Source: a virus. Taken from it: a DNA stretch of 64,000 bases. Within the stretch, counting starts at the first letter, position 1; each line of letters starts with the position of its first letter. The notes under the pieces are model-generated. The model was not told where the DNA came from. It saw nothing but the letters and a program-made list of their open reading frames with translations, and made no database searches. Positions 9,585-21,700 of the stretch are shown in pieces. The position numbers and the translations under genes are program-made. The stretch lies in the IMG/VR virus record IMGVR_UViG_3300036767_000362. The stretch is one strand, 5' to 3'.

Positions 9585-10141
9585 TACGTAAATGTTCCAA
9601 GATATCTAGCAAATACTGTGACACCTTGGTCATACGTCCAAAATTCAACAACCATCATATTAGAATTACTTGTAACATTAAAAGGTGAAGGCATATTACC
9701 ATCCGCTTTTATAGATCCACCACTTGCCGCCCAAGTTAACGCACGAGTTGAACCATCACTTACTACTGATACTACAAGGCTTTGTAATACATTTGCTTGA
9801 GTGGCCCAATCTGCTAAAGTTAATGTAAGATCAGCTCCTATATTAAATGTTTGAAAATTACCGTTAGTTAAGCTAACATTTTGTCCGCTTGTTATAGCAC
9901 CACCGTCAAAATGCTTTATGTAATTACCTTTAAATGTTGCACCAGTAACTACATTACCTGAAAAGTTATTTTCTGCATTTAATTTTGCAGTATTAGTTTG
10001 CAAAGTTTCAATTTCTGATTTAGCCGCAGTAAAATTATTCTTACTTACATTGAAATTGTCTCTAAATCCTTGGCTGTTATTGTCTTGTCCAGCTACTGGA
10101 AACGTTGCATCTATGCTAGTTGTGTCTATATTACTTGCCAT
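9584..10141 (-). CDS. virion structural protein
   Basis: N-terminal FPVAGQDNNSQGFRDNF motif and coiled coil; located in the tail block. Confidence 0.55.
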   Translation of the reverse strand: MASNIDTTSIDATFPVAGQDNNSQGFRDNFNVSKNNFTAAKSEIETLQTNTAKLNAENNFSGNVVTGATFKGNYIKHFDGGAITSGQNVSLTNGNFQTFNIGADLTLTLADWATQANVLQSLVVSVVSDGSTRALTWAASGGSIKADGNMPSPFNVTSNSNMMVVEFWTYDQGVTVFARYLGTFT

Positions 10142-10166
10142 ATCTTATATCCTACAATTATTTATC

Positions 10167-13100
10167 TTATATGTTGTACTCATAATCAGGAAAGAGTACA
10201 TATTGTTCCTGTGCTACTCCTGTTGTACTATCTATTATATACCTATCTATTTCAAAGTCAATAGTTTTGAAATCAAAACCACTATTTTTAATAGCCAAAG
10301 CTATTGTGGCACCAGATCTGGGCGTACAATAACATAATGGTATAGCAGTTACAAAGCCTAATTGCTGAACTGTACCTGCTTGAGCAGTTCTCATCCAAAG
10401 AGGCAAAAATCCGGGTGCTGAAGATCCTATTCCAGCAATATTATCTCTCATATTTGTTGTATTAGCAATAAATCTATTCTCATCAGAAGAGTCTGTGTTT
10501 AGAATGCTAGTATCTACTTTTATAACACCACCTTTAGGTCTAAATCTAAAAGGATCTGATTTATTGTAAACTACTGATCCAACATTTGCCACAGTACTAC
10601 CATCTACTAACGTAACTGTAAGTGTACCAGCAGTTAAATCTAAGAAAAGTCGACCTTCTCTTGCATAAATTTGTAAATCTTCCCCTATAGCTTGAGTAGA
10701 TACTTTTGAATTATTTTGTAGAAATATTGTATATGTAGAACCCCCTACATTTAATTTTGTAGTGTCATCTGTAACTTCAATTTGTGTTTGATTCACTTTA
10801 AATGTTTGAGTATTTGCCATTTTGAAACTTTTTGCTACTTTAGTTCCTTTATTATCTTGAGGATCTACAACATCTACATATACAACTTCATATGCTATAG
10901 TATTTGTTCCTTCATATTTTGCTTCAGCAATTTTTACATCACCTAATTTGTATTTTTTTCTTTTATGATTTGATGCAGTTGCAGAAACGTAATGAGCAAT
11001 TGATTTTTGTTCTATTCCTGCATACATTAACATTTTTAGTTTCTTTTGTACACCAAATGTCGGGTCAGTTTCTCTATAAATGTATTGCGGATCAAATATA
11101 TTAGGATCTGATATAAATGTTCTAAATGAATCTCTTGATGTTAAATTAAGTAATGGTTGAACATACAAATTACTGTATAATGTAGTTCCTTGAACTTTAA
11201 CTGATATTGAAAATGTTTTAGGCACTGCACTAAATCCATATCTGTCTCTAGCAGTTACCGTAAATGTAAATTTTCTATCTATTGAAGTTAATTCACCATC
11301 AAAAGTTAAACCATTTTCAAAGAAAGTTAAACCGGCAATAGTTCCATCACCATATTGATTAACTTTACCTATGATTTCACCATTAATTGTTAATGTAAGT
11401 CCTGGTGGCAATGTGCCATCTGTTAAAAAATATTTCATTTTAGCATCAGGAACAGTACTTGTGGCTTCTATTTTAAATGTACTAGTGTAACTTGCGTTAA
11501 TAGATCCTAAATCAGTATCAGTTTTCCAAGATATTGTACTATCAACTTCTCCTAAAATTTTAACTGTAAATGTTTTAGTTGCTTTAGGTAATGTAACAAC
11601 ACTTTGAGAAGGAGTTACAATAAATTGTTTAAATGTAGTAGCTCCTTTAAATGCACCAACACTAATATTTTCACTATCTACAAAACTTCTAGTAAGATTT
11701 ACATTAAGAACTAATTTATCTATTGCAGTAGCATTTGTAATTCCTTGATCTGCAGGTTCTCCTTCATTTAATACTGTTTGAACATTTTCAATTTTATATT
11801 CTTCAGTTGCACTAAATTTTAAAATTTTTCCAATGTATCTATTTTTATCTGCTCTATTATAAATGAAAATTTCATTAGCCGCTCTATTAATTAATGTAGG
11901 ATTTGTTTTAAATGTTGATGCTTGATAAACTGCACCTGTAAAAACTTTTAAATCTGTTCCAATTAAACTTTTATCAAGTTGTAATACATCATATTTGTCA
12001 TTATTATCATCATATCCTAATATTTTATAATTATTATCATTAACAACTATTTCTTGATTTTTTAATTCTTCTAAATCTGATATACCATCTGCTGTTCCTA
12101 ATGGTAATTTTGCTACTTTTAAATTTGCAGTTCCTTGCATTTGATCTTCATAAGGATTTATTGAAACTGCTACTAATGAAGATTGTAAATCATATCTAGT
12201 TGCTGATACTGTAAATTTGTATTCTTTAGTAATTGCAGGTTGATAAGGTACTCGACCTGTTATTTCTCCTGTTAAAGCATCTATAGACATTCCTGTTGGT
12301 AATGTACTAAGACTACCATCATCATTTTTAGATTCTAATATATAAGATACTGTACCTGGTACTGTATTTGGGTCATATAATTCTAAGAAAATAGTTACGT
12401 AATTATTTGCTCTTTTAAAACCGAGATCTGATGGTGTTAACCATTGTGGTTCTCTTAAATATGTTCCATCTGAAGTAAAAACTCCGGAGCCAACTTGCAT
12501 AATAGTATTATCTGCTCTAAGGAAGTCATCACCTACTACAAAAATTTGAAATGTTCTACTTTGAATAGTATCACCGTCAGTCGCATTTACTTTAAATTCA
12601 TAATATCTATTAAGTTTTCTTGCTGATCTTATTTTATTATTTTCATTAAAGAATGCGTAATTTTGTTGAATATCAAAATAATAACTGCTTGACGGATATG
12701 CTCCTACGCTACCAAAGTCAAATGGGTAAGATGCATAATTGTTTGAATCATAAAAACCTGTTCCTGACTGAATATCTAAAGCTAGTATAGGATCAATTAT
12801 TCCAGTTAATTTTCCACTGTCACTTAATGTAACTCCTGGTGGTAAATTTCCTCCATCACTAGGAATATAATATTTTAATGTGTCGCCTGCACTTAAATCA
12901 GAGTCAGTAACTGATAATTGATAACTTATATAAGAACTATCTAATATAAAAAGTTGATCATTTGCTCCAACTTTTAAAGTTCCTTCAGGTGTAATCCAAA
13001 CAGGTGCATCTGGACCTTGTACGTTAACTATAAAAGTTCTATCTTCTATGATTGGATCAGGTGGAGCAGTATCTATCGCTCTTAAAACAAATTTATATTC

Positions 13101-13286
13101 TGTATTTCTAGGTACTTCAAAAAATGTACCTGTAAGTGTATTGTTAGTTAATCTTGTTCCTGCTGGTAAAGTTCCTGCAATTAGCATAGTGGAAGGAGAA
13201 CCTACTACTGGTAGGTTTATAGTTGTAGGAACCTTTTCTTGATAAGTTCCTAAATTATGACCGGTTGTGACGCTCCATAATGACAT
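10167..13286 (-). CDS. large baseplate/virion protein with putative Ig-like (He_PIG-type) repeats
   Basis: Repeated G.LP.G.TL...G.I.G units; 1039 aa. Confidence 0.65.
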   Translation of the reverse strand: MSLWSVTTGHNLGTYQEKVPTTINLPVVGSPSTMLIAGTLPAGTRLTNNTLTGTFFEVPRNTEYKFVLRAIDTAPPDPIIEDRTFIVNVQGPDAPVWITPEGTLKVGANDQLFILDSSYISYQLSVTDSDLSAGDTLKYYIPSDGGNLPPGVTLSDSGKLTGIIDPILALDIQSGTGFYDSNNYASYPFDFGSVGAYPSSSYYFDIQQNYAFFNENNKIRSARKLNRYYEFKVNATDGDTIQSRTFQIFVVGDDFLRADNTIMQVGSGVFTSDGTYLREPQWLTPSDLGFKRANNYVTIFLELYDPNTVPGTVSYILESKNDDGSLSTLPTGMSIDALTGEITGRVPYQPAITKEYKFTVSATRYDLQSSLVAVSINPYEDQMQGTANLKVAKLPLGTADGISDLEELKNQEIVVNDNNYKILGYDDNNDKYDVLQLDKSLIGTDLKVFTGAVYQASTFKTNPTLINRAANEIFIYNRADKNRYIGKILKFSATEEYKIENVQTVLNEGEPADQGITNATAIDKLVLNVNLTRSFVDSENISVGAFKGATTFKQFIVTPSQSVVTLPKATKTFTVKILGEVDSTISWKTDTDLGSINASYTSTFKIEATSTVPDAKMKYFLTDGTLPPGLTLTINGEIIGKVNQYGDGTIAGLTFFENGLTFDGELTSIDRKFTFTVTARDRYGFSAVPKTFSISVKVQGTTLYSNLYVQPLLNLTSRDSFRTFISDPNIFDPQYIYRETDPTFGVQKKLKMLMYAGIEQKSIAHYVSATASNHKRKKYKLGDVKIAEAKYEGTNTIAYEVVYVDVVDPQDNKGTKVAKSFKMANTQTFKVNQTQIEVTDDTTKLNVGGSTYTIFLQNNSKVSTQAIGEDLQIYAREGRLFLDLTAGTLTVTLVDGSTVANVGSVVYNKSDPFRFRPKGGVIKVDTSILNTDSSDENRFIANTTNMRDNIAGIGSSAPGFLPLWMRTAQAGTVQQLGFVTAIPLCYCTPRSGATIALAIKNSGFDFKTIDFEIDRYIIDSTTGVAQEQYVLFPDYEYNI

Positions 13287-13325
13287 ACGATTATTATCCT
13301 TTTTTAATATTTATCGTAAGAACAA

Positions 13326-14009
13326 TTATGCTATACTGCCTAAATCTACGTTTGTTGCGTGTGGTGAAGCTGTAGAACCCATATCAAGTGGTTTTAAACT
13401 TTCAAACCATTGCATTAAGTTACTAACAGCAGTAGGAAGAATTCCACCTAGATCAAAACCTACAACAGAGTCAATATTACCAACATCTATACCTTTTACA
13501 AGTCCATCTACGTTTTGAGCTGTTAAAGTACCTAGATTAGTAATATTATTTCCTGCCGCGTCTAAGTTTCCACCTAAAGATGGTGCTATTTCTCTAATTA
13601 ATTTTGAATCTATTGTTACGTCAGTGCCAACACCAGATGTTTGTGTTGCTCCAGTACCTAAAAATCTAGCTAATCCAGTACTTCCTATTGGGTTAAGACT
13701 TCCTGAATCAGTTACAACTTGAATACTAACAATTCCTGATGAAGTTATAGTAATTTGATTGGCATCAGAACTAAAACTAACGTTTGGTCCTGCTTTAAGA
13801 CTTTTAAATTTTAAATCAAAGTCTGTTACTGTAGAAAATAAACCTTTAGTAGTGGCATCATCAGCTAATAAATTAGAAGCTGTTGTTTTTTCAGGATTTC
13901 TAGCATCTAAATCAGTAAAATTATTATTAACTTTAATAAATGCTTCTCTTAAATCGTCACCTGTACCGTCATTTGCTAAAGTACCTACGTTTATTGATGT
14001 TACTGCCAT
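13326..14009 (-). CDS. baseplate/tail-fibre associated protein
   Basis: N-terminal INVG..ANDGTGDDLREAFIKVNNNF, a T4 gp9/gp10-like start. Confidence 0.6.
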   Translation of the reverse strand: MAVTSINVGTLANDGTGDDLREAFIKVNNNFTDLDARNPEKTTASNLLADDATTKGLFSTVTDFDLKFKSLKAGPNVSFSSDANQITITSSGIVSIQVVTDSGSLNPIGSTGLARFLGTGATQTSGVGTDVTIDSKLIREIAPSLGGNLDAAGNNITNLGTLTAQNVDGLVKGIDVGNIDSVVGFDLGGILPTAVSNLMQWFESLKPLDMGSTASPHATNVDLGSIA

Positions 14010-14043
14010 TTTTATCTCCTACTCATATTTATCATTATTAACT

Positions 14044-15810
14044 TTAACCATAATTCCAAGGTTTACGATTAGACATCGGTATATAAGCAACATTACCTTT
14101 ACTACCAAATAGAGACCATTGATTAGTATAATCATTATCTAATCCACTATTAGCATCTGAAGAATAAAAGCTATCTTGAATAGCATTTTCGGTCATAAAA
14201 CTTACAACTTGTTTAGGCGTCCAATCGGGGTGCATTTGGTATACTAAAGCCGCCATTCCTGCCGCCTGAGGACTAGCCATAGATGTTCCTTGCTTTCTCT
14301 CTTGCCAATAATTGTTATTATGGTAGTATGGTCCGCCTGCACTGCCGTCAGAACAACTTATAATCATTTCACCTGCCGTCCAAATATTAACTCCCGGACC
14401 TTGAGAACTAAAAGGACTTTTTCTGTCCCTAGTAGAACTATGAGGATTGTAATTAATTGACCCAACTACAAAAGCCTGACCTGCCTTATTAAAATTCGGA
14501 TTAGGACTGCCTCCTCTATTATAATAATACTTATTTCCAGAGACAGGGCTTCCTCCCCAAGCTGACCAATTGTATTGGTCGGGAAGATAGCCGTTACTAT
14601 CTGCTCCAAGAGTAATGTAATTGTCCCAATCTGCTCCACTAGGAAGATCCCATTTTTGACCGTCATTTCCTGAAGCAATACATAAAACAATACCATCATC
14701 AATCATTTCTTCGACCTCGGCATTGTTAGCCACAGTATTAATACCTGCATAAGGTTCAGAGTTCATTGCGTCAGACCAACCATAAAAACTTAAACCTTTA
14801 TTTCTCATATCACTGTTGCTATTAATAGAATATGAATTTCCACGATAACTTCCACCGGTTATTGGGAAACCCAAAAGGTTAAAGCCAACATCATAACCAT
14901 AAAATTTGACGCCAGAACCCCAACTCATATTAACTACAGTTGGTCTATGTGTACCGGTCCATAGAGCATGATTTGGATCATTTTTATTATTATGCCAACC
15001 TCTCATTATGTCCATACCATCATAACCGCCAATAGAACCAGATCCAAACATCCTCATACTGTAAATTTTAGAATTTTTTGCCCAACCAAAGTTTTTGCCT
15101 GCAATTGTTCCCATAACATGAGATCCATGAGAACCATCGGTTAATGAATAAAAGTCATTAGCTTGAGTTCCAGATATTCCAGATACCGCATACCAATCAT
15201 GCATATCATATCTACTAACTCCATTTGAATCTTCCCATTCAGGATGTCCCATTATAACTCCAGAATCTTGAGCCACAACATCAACACCTGTACCATCTAA
15301 AACATAATCATATGAACCACCAGGATCTGAAGTACTTGATCCATAATTATTAGTTTTAGAACAATGTCTTAATAATCCCCAATTATCTCTTCTATAATTG
15401 CTATTATGGCTTGAACTTTTTTCAAATCCTCCATCATGATATTTTCGTTGTATTATAAACATTGGATCTACCGGTGCTTCAACGTCTTCGATTCTTGGAT
15501 CATTTTTTAATTTTTTTATTTCGTTAGAACTTAAATTATAATGAGTATTTCTTTTATTAGTAGATTTTAACTTAATAACATCAACAGTTCTATCTGGTAT
15601 AATATTTGAATCTACACTTGGATCGGCAGTAGTATCTCTAGTAAGTTCATTATGAAGTACTTCCCAGTTAACACCTTTTTTTACTGTAACAATAACTTCA
15701 AAATTATCATCTGGACTTGATGATCGCATTTTTGCTTTCATCTCTTCTATTTTATCTTCGTACTCTTTACTAGGTTGTTTAGGCGGAGCACCTGGATCGG
15801 GCATTGACAT
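14044..15810 (-). CDS. subtilisin-like S8 serine peptidase
   Basis: Catalytic triad in VVAQDSG, HGSHVMG and GTSMASP; oxyanion-hole Asn in ASGND. Confidence 0.9.
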   Translation of the reverse strand: MSMPDPGAPPKQPSKEYEDKIEEMKAKMRSSSPDDNFEVIVTVKKGVNWEVLHNELTRDTTADPSVDSNIIPDRTVDVIKLKSTNKRNTHYNLSSNEIKKLKNDPRIEDVEAPVDPMFIIQRKYHDGGFEKSSSHNSNYRRDNWGLLRHCSKTNNYGSSTSDPGGSYDYVLDGTGVDVVAQDSGVIMGHPEWEDSNGVSRYDMHDWYAVSGISGTQANDFYSLTDGSHGSHVMGTIAGKNFGWAKNSKIYSMRMFGSGSIGGYDGMDIMRGWHNNKNDPNHALWTGTHRPTVVNMSWGSGVKFYGYDVGFNLLGFPITGGSYRGNSYSINSNSDMRNKGLSFYGWSDAMNSEPYAGINTVANNAEVEEMIDDGIVLCIASGNDGQKWDLPSGADWDNYITLGADSNGYLPDQYNWSAWGGSPVSGNKYYYNRGGSPNPNFNKAGQAFVVGSINYNPHSSTRDRKSPFSSQGPGVNIWTAGEMIISCSDGSAGGPYYHNNNYWQERKQGTSMASPQAAGMAALVYQMHPDWTPKQVVSFMTENAIQDSFYSSDANSGLDNDYTNQWSLFGSKGNVAYIPMSNRKPWNYG

Positions 15811-18392
15811 TATACAGCTCCATCAGTTGCAACATATCTCCAATTTGATCCATCGTAATATGCTGGTTTGGAACTATTATCCGATACAGCAACCATTGTT
15901 CCAGCACTTGCAGTGAAAGTCGCTAATTGAGTCGCAGTTTTTCCAAGTAATTTTATTGGAGCATCTAGTATGACTTCACTAACTGGATCTAATGTGATAG
16001 TTGTTGGAGATGAAATTGTATATGTTCCTGCTAAACCGGAAGGTGCTGAAATAGTAGCTGTTTCTATGCTATCAGCAATAATATTTGTAGCGGATAATGT
16101 ATTAGTTCCTGAAGCCCATGTTAAATCACTATCTCCAGCAAAAGCACCACCATTATTATATTGAAGTTCTGTTGTACTACCACCTGGAGTACCTCCACCA
16201 CTAGCTGTTGAAGTAATTGTAATTTCATCTGAACCTGAATCAGTTGTAATAGATATATTTGAACCTGCAACAAGAGTTAATGTGTCTGTTGATGAATCAG
16301 ATACTACATTTGATTGTCCTGATACTGCAATAGTTGTAAAAGCATTTTGAACTACATTAGGAGATGTGTTTGTAATAGTTAAAGTGTCTCCTGCTATTGT
16401 TGTACCTACACCAGTACCACCTGATACTGTTAAAGTATCTGTTGCAGTATTTGCCGCTGTCGTTCCAGTATCAGCTGAAAAATTTTCCCATAAATTTTGA
16501 GTTACATTAGGTGAACTATTTGTAATAGTTAAAACATCTCCTGATACAGCCGTTGTAATACCCGTACCTCCTGCAATTGATATACTATCTGTTGTAGTGT
16601 TTGCAGTTGTAGTTCCTGTATCACCTGTTATAGTTGCCCATATATTTTGATCAACGTTAGGAGCTGTATTAGTCCACGTTACTGCATCAATACCGGCATT
16701 GGTAGTTATTTCTATACCAGTTCCAGCTCCAAAACCTACAGAGTCAGCATTAGAATCAGCAACTACACTAGTTTGTCCTGAAACTACTATTGTTGTAAAT
16801 GTGTCTTGTACTATGTTTGGTGCAGAGTTTGTAACAGTTAAAGTGTCAGTAGCTGAATCAGTTGTTAATATTACTCCTGTGCCTGCTACTACGGTTAAAG
16901 TATCAGCTGTAGAATCTGCTGTTATTGTATTTTGTCCATTTACTACAATTGATTGGAATAGATTTTGTGAACCTGATCCTGTGTAATTAATAGTTAAAAG
17001 ATCATTTGCAATAGATGTACTAATATCTGTTCCACCAACAATTCCTAAAATATCAGTTGGAGAGTCTGCAGTAGTAGATCCTGTGTCACCAGCTACCGTT
17101 TCCCATAAGTTTGGAGATGTAGCACTATTTGAAATAGTTACTGAATCAGTAGGAGCATCTGTTGTTATTGCTATTCCTGTACCTGCAACTAAAGTTAATG
17201 TATCGCTTAATTGATCAGCAGTAACAGTAGTTTGTCCTGTAACTGCAAACGCACCAAAGTCATTTTGTGCACCTGCTTGTCCACCTGTGTATTCAACTGT
17301 TAAAGTATTACCACTCATTGACGTAGAAATAGATGTACCACCTTCTATAGCTAAAACATCAGTAGCAAGAGTGGCTATATAAGAACCTGTATCTCCTGTA
17401 ACTTGTTGAAATAAATTTTGAGGAGTAGGTTGAGAAGAATTAATTGTAATACTATCTCCTACTGCATCAGTTGTTAAAGTAACATTTGATCCTGCTACAA
17501 AAGTTAAAGTATCTGAATTAGCATCTGCTTCAACATCTGTTTGTCCTGATACTGCAATAGTTTTAAACACATTAGGTATTGTTGCAGTATTTGAAATAGT
17601 TATTGTATCTGAGTCAGGTTGAGTTATACCAATACCTGATCCTGCTGAAAATTTAACGTCTTCTGTGTAAGCACTAGAATTTGTTAATCTTAAAACAACA
17701 TTACTGCTACCATCTGTTGTCGCTCCAACAGAATAAGTTGTATCTGTATCAGTTCCTGTAAATGTTAATTCATTTGAAGTTCTAGTTATAGCAATATTAC
17801 TTCCTTCTTTAAGTGTAATATCTTGAATAGCTTGTCCTGAACCTGTTAACCGAAGTAATTTTTCAGTTGCATTAGAACCATCACCTGCTGAAAATGTATA
17901 TGTAGTATCTGTAAGTGGTACCCAGTTGGTACCATCATTTAATTCAAATTGGTTATTATTATATCTAATTGATTCTGTTCCTGTTATAGTAACTGTAGTA
18001 GTACCCGATACGTCAGCAGTTGCAGTAGTAATATTACCTGCTCCAGCAATTTTTAATGTATTGTCTGGTAACATAGTAGTTGTTGCACTATCGTCACCTG
18101 TTATAAACCAAGCGCCACCACCAGTACTAACAAAAGTTGTACCACCCCCACCTTGTCCAAGTAAAGTTTGTGTATCTGTTAAATCACTAATATCTGTAGG
18201 TATAGTAGGTTTGTTTGAAAGATCCGTATATGATCCAGTAAAAATATTTGAGCCTAAACTTACACTCGTGGCTGTTATATTATTAACACCAATTAATGAA
18301 GAATTAGCTAAATCTAAATTATCGCCTATTGGCAATTCTTTTATTTTATTGCCATCCGATGTATCTACTACTAGTGGTATCCTATTTGCCAT
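15810..18392 (-). CDS. repeat-rich tail-fibre-like protein
   Basis: Thr/Gly-rich 860 aa with tandem ~50-aa repeats. Confidence 0.65.
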   Translation of the reverse strand: MANRIPLVVDTSDGNKIKELPIGDNLDLANSSLIGVNNITATSVSLGSNIFTGSYTDLSNKPTIPTDISDLTDTQTLLGQGGGGTTFVSTGGGAWFITGDDSATTTMLPDNTLKIAGAGNITTATADVSGTTTVTITGTESIRYNNNQFELNDGTNWVPLTDTTYTFSAGDGSNATEKLLRLTGSGQAIQDITLKEGSNIAITRTSNELTFTGTDTDTTYSVGATTDGSSNVVLRLTNSSAYTEDVKFSAGSGIGITQPDSDTITISNTATIPNVFKTIAVSGQTDVEADANSDTLTFVAGSNVTLTTDAVGDSITINSSQPTPQNLFQQVTGDTGSYIATLATDVLAIEGGTSISTSMSGNTLTVEYTGGQAGAQNDFGAFAVTGQTTVTADQLSDTLTLVAGTGIAITTDAPTDSVTISNSATSPNLWETVAGDTGSTTADSPTDILGIVGGTDISTSIANDLLTINYTGSGSQNLFQSIVVNGQNTITADSTADTLTVVAGTGVILTTDSATDTLTVTNSAPNIVQDTFTTIVVSGQTSVVADSNADSVGFGAGTGIEITTNAGIDAVTWTNTAPNVDQNIWATITGDTGTTTANTTTDSISIAGGTGITTAVSGDVLTITNSSPNVTQNLWENFSADTGTTAANTATDTLTVSGGTGVGTTIAGDTLTITNTSPNVVQNAFTTIAVSGQSNVVSDSSTDTLTLVAGSNISITTDSGSDEITITSTASGGGTPGGSTTELQYNNGGAFAGDSDLTWASGTNTLSATNIIADSIETATISAPSGLAGTYTISSPTTITLDPVSEVILDAPIKLLGKTATQLATFTASAGTMVAVSDNSSKPAYYDGSNWRYVATDGAV
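16200..17600 (-). repeat. tandem ~50-aa protein repeats (N[LV]F.T[IV]..D/Q.....AD...DTLT..[AG]G..I.[TI]T....D.[LI]TITN)
   Basis: About 9 degenerate copies visible in the translation. Confidence 0.8.
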
Positions 18393-18393
18393 A

Positions 18394-18735
18394 TTACTGT
18401 TTCACCTTTAATGTTCCGCTATCGTTCCATAATTGTCCAACTGCCAATCCTGCATCTGATGTAGGTAAATTTGACAATGTAACTGTTGAAGATGTTTTTA
18501 ATGTAGTAGTTTCTACGGGACCAACAACTTTTCCATTAACTGCATCAATCATAACTGATGAATCATCAGCAAATACAGAACCTTTAAAGTCTGTAATTAA
18601 TGAGCCACCTTCTAATGCAATTATTCTAGTGTATGCGTCAGTAAAATTGTCGTTTACTTTTGTAAACGCCGTTCTTAACGGATCGCCATCACCTTTGTTT
18701 GCACTTGTACCTACATTTATAATTTGTTGTGCCAT
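18394..18735 (-). CDS. small virion protein with gp9/gp10-like N-terminus
   Basis: INVGTSANKGDGDPLRTAFTKVNDNF. Confidence 0.55.
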   Translation of the reverse strand: MAQQIINVGTSANKGDGDPLRTAFTKVNDNFTDAYTRIIALEGGSLITDFKGSVFADDSSVMIDAVNGKVVGPVETTTLKTSSTVTLSNLPTSDAGLAVGQLWNDSGTLKVKQ

Positions 18736-21700
18736 TATACTCTACCTACCACCATTTCTATTACACCAACACTTGGGTTCATATGATCTTCTAATGCTTT
18801 ACCTAATACTGTTCCAACTCTAGGATCAGGACTAGATGAAGCGTGTCCTCTAACACTACTTGTTACTAACATATCACCTTTTCTACACATTCCAGTAACT
18901 TTAACTTTAACTCTACCTTGTAAAGCAATTGGTGTTCCACCTTCTTGTGCTGAATTCATTAAGTATGCTGGTTTGTCTGAAACAACTCCAGCTACTCTTG
19001 TATCTTCAGATAATTGAGTAGTTGTAACTTCTTTATCTCCGCCGAATATAACAACTGTACCTATTTCATAATTGTCATCTGCTGTATAATTTTCCGCCAA
19101 GTCAGCATATAGAGATCTTGTTGCTGTTCCATCAAATATATTTGCGTACATTGTATTATATCTTCTACTGGAATCACCAATATTAAATGTCATATTGGCA
19201 TCACCAGGAACAATACCTTGTGTTGTAACTAATAATGGAACTGATCCATCAGCTACAATTGCCACTCTTCCTTCAGCACTATCATCAGTGTCTGACACGT
19301 ATGCACTACTTTGACCTATAGCTATTCCTGTTGGATTGTTTGCTTTTCCTGTAGATTCAATAAATTTAGTGTATATATGATCCACTGCAAGAGCGCCATC
19401 ACTAGCACCTTGAGTATTACTTGCTGATGCATCTGCACCACCTATATCTAATCTTCTACCAGGAAGTGAAGTAACTGTATTAGCCTGTGTACTTCCTATA
19501 CCAGTAGCAAAATCTATTCCACCAGGAGTTGTTATATTAAGTGTAGATGCGGAACTATCTAATGCAAGATTACCATCTATTTTTAATCCTGCTAAATCCG
19601 TTACACCAGTTGTATCTGTTTTAACTATACTATTAACTTCTCCTGTTTTTGTAACGTTAGTAACTTTGTAAACACCAGCACTTTCTTTTATAAGTGTTTC
19701 ACCGGGATCACTAGCGGCATCTAATTCTGTAGTAAAGTCAGCATCAACTACTGCTCCACCTTGAGAAATTATATCTGAAAATGTAACTGCATTTACGTCA
19801 CCAGTACCTGAATCAGTTCGTCCATATGCTTGGTATTGATCTAATTGAGGTAAATCAGCAAAGTCTATACCAGAAGAAGATAATTCAACCCAACCATTAG
19901 TAACTGTAAAGTCACCTGAATCAAAACTTGCAAGTCCTAAATCTGCTTGACTAATTCCTGAAGCATTTGCTCTTGAAGTTGCGGCATTCATATTCAACTT
20001 ACTTTGAGCTATTGCGGCATCTGATTTAACATCTGCATTAATAATTACATTTGATGCAATATTAAATGTAAGTTCAGTTTGTGTTGCAGTTCTATTTGCA
20101 GTCATTTCTACATCTGAAGCTGTAACAACTGCATTACCCATTTCATTTATTGCAGTATCTATAACTTGAGCAGTAACTCCACCACCAGTATCAATTGTAT
20201 CTGCTGTAGTAAATTGTGTAGGACTAGATGTCCATGTGTAAGTAATTCTTGTGGCATTAACCGCTCCAGGTAATACAAGAACTTCTACATCTACAATTGT
20301 TCCTGTTGCACCAGTTACTGATCCTGTAAAAGTATCACTAACTGCAAAATTTCCACCAACTGCAGGTACAGTATACATTCTGTATTTGCCATTGAATATT
20401 AAAAGTTGTGCTTCAGCTAAATTTCCAATATTAACGTTTCTAATATTTTCTATTTGATCTGTTTCGTATATAATATTATCTACATAACTTTTTGTAGTTG
20501 CATCTTGATCCGAAGACGGATCTGATAAACCTGTTAATTTAAATCCACCAACTGCCATGTGATTTGTAAATGGAATAGAACCGTCTCTAGCAATAGTACC
20601 TGCTCCAATTGGATTTCCTACTAAAGTAGTTGCATGGTCAAAACCTAATCTTCTATTAACATATTCTCTAACAGCTGATTCTGTTGGTACACTATCAGTA
20701 GAATTGTCTACCATTGAACCATCTGTACTAAATTCTGCTACAACAACACCTCTTTTAAATCCTATACCATCTAAATTACTAATTGCAATTGCCGCCGCAA
20801 ATGAAACTGTTCCTGTTGCTTGATCAACTGTGAAATATTTTCCTACTCTAAAGAAACCATCTTGGTCAGTACTAACATAGTAAACTCTACCTTTTAATTT
20901 TTCAACAGTTTCATTAGTTTGAGATGATGCCGTTGTTGCATCACCATAAATTACATTAGGGAAGTTTGTAGTATTAAAACCACCTGTTCCAATATCTAAG
21001 AAATCATGATTTGATGCTCTTGCTGTTGAAACAAATACAGTAATTGAAGCTGGTTCTGTAGCAGACAATCCAACTCTAAATGTAGGAGAACCTCCATTTG
21101 TTGCCACATATCCAGTCATTGCACTGTGAATTCCTGCGCCTATTGGAGTAGGATTAATATTTGATACATCTGTAATTTCTACTGTAGCATATGTTGTTCT
21201 ATCTACGTAATTTGCAACTTTGTGAGTTTTACCATCCCAACCAAATGTCATATCGCCATTGTTTAATCTTGCAATATCTGCCGCTTCTGGAATTGTGTTA
21301 ATTGCAATTACAACGTCACCAATTGTGTGACCCATTGTTGTTCCTGAACCAGCATGAGTATTATTTTGTGCTTCAGTTTCATTAAGAGACATCTTAACAT
21401 AATCGTAAACGTCATCAAAAGCAATTAAGGCAGTATTAGCCGGTAAAGCCACACCAACTGGATTTGATGTTGAATAAGAAATACTTCTGTAAGTTATAGT
21501 ACTTGTTTCATCAAATACTACAGCAGTTGTTGGTTTAGAAGGTGCTGTATTATTAACATCACTAAAGACGAATTGAGAATTTGCTCTAATTGTTACTGTT
21601 TGATCATCTGCAAGAGCGGCTTTTAATCCTGTTGTAGATGTTTCGTTTTTACCACTTGTTCCTAAATTAATTTTGTAAATTGTTGAATCTCTAGTACTTG

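Noticed and set aside
16200-17600. Fibre repeats as a diversity-generating retroelement target or DNA repeat array
   Set aside because: The repeats are degenerate at DNA level, and there is no reverse transcriptase or adenine-specific template/variable pair in the window.
17926-18823. Long plus-strand ORFs (161 and 164 aa) and other plus-strand ORFs opposite genes (e.g. 39655-40050, 43078-43491, 53632-54027)
   Set aside because: They lie antisense to well-supported minus-strand genes, have no SD and show no protein-like motifs.
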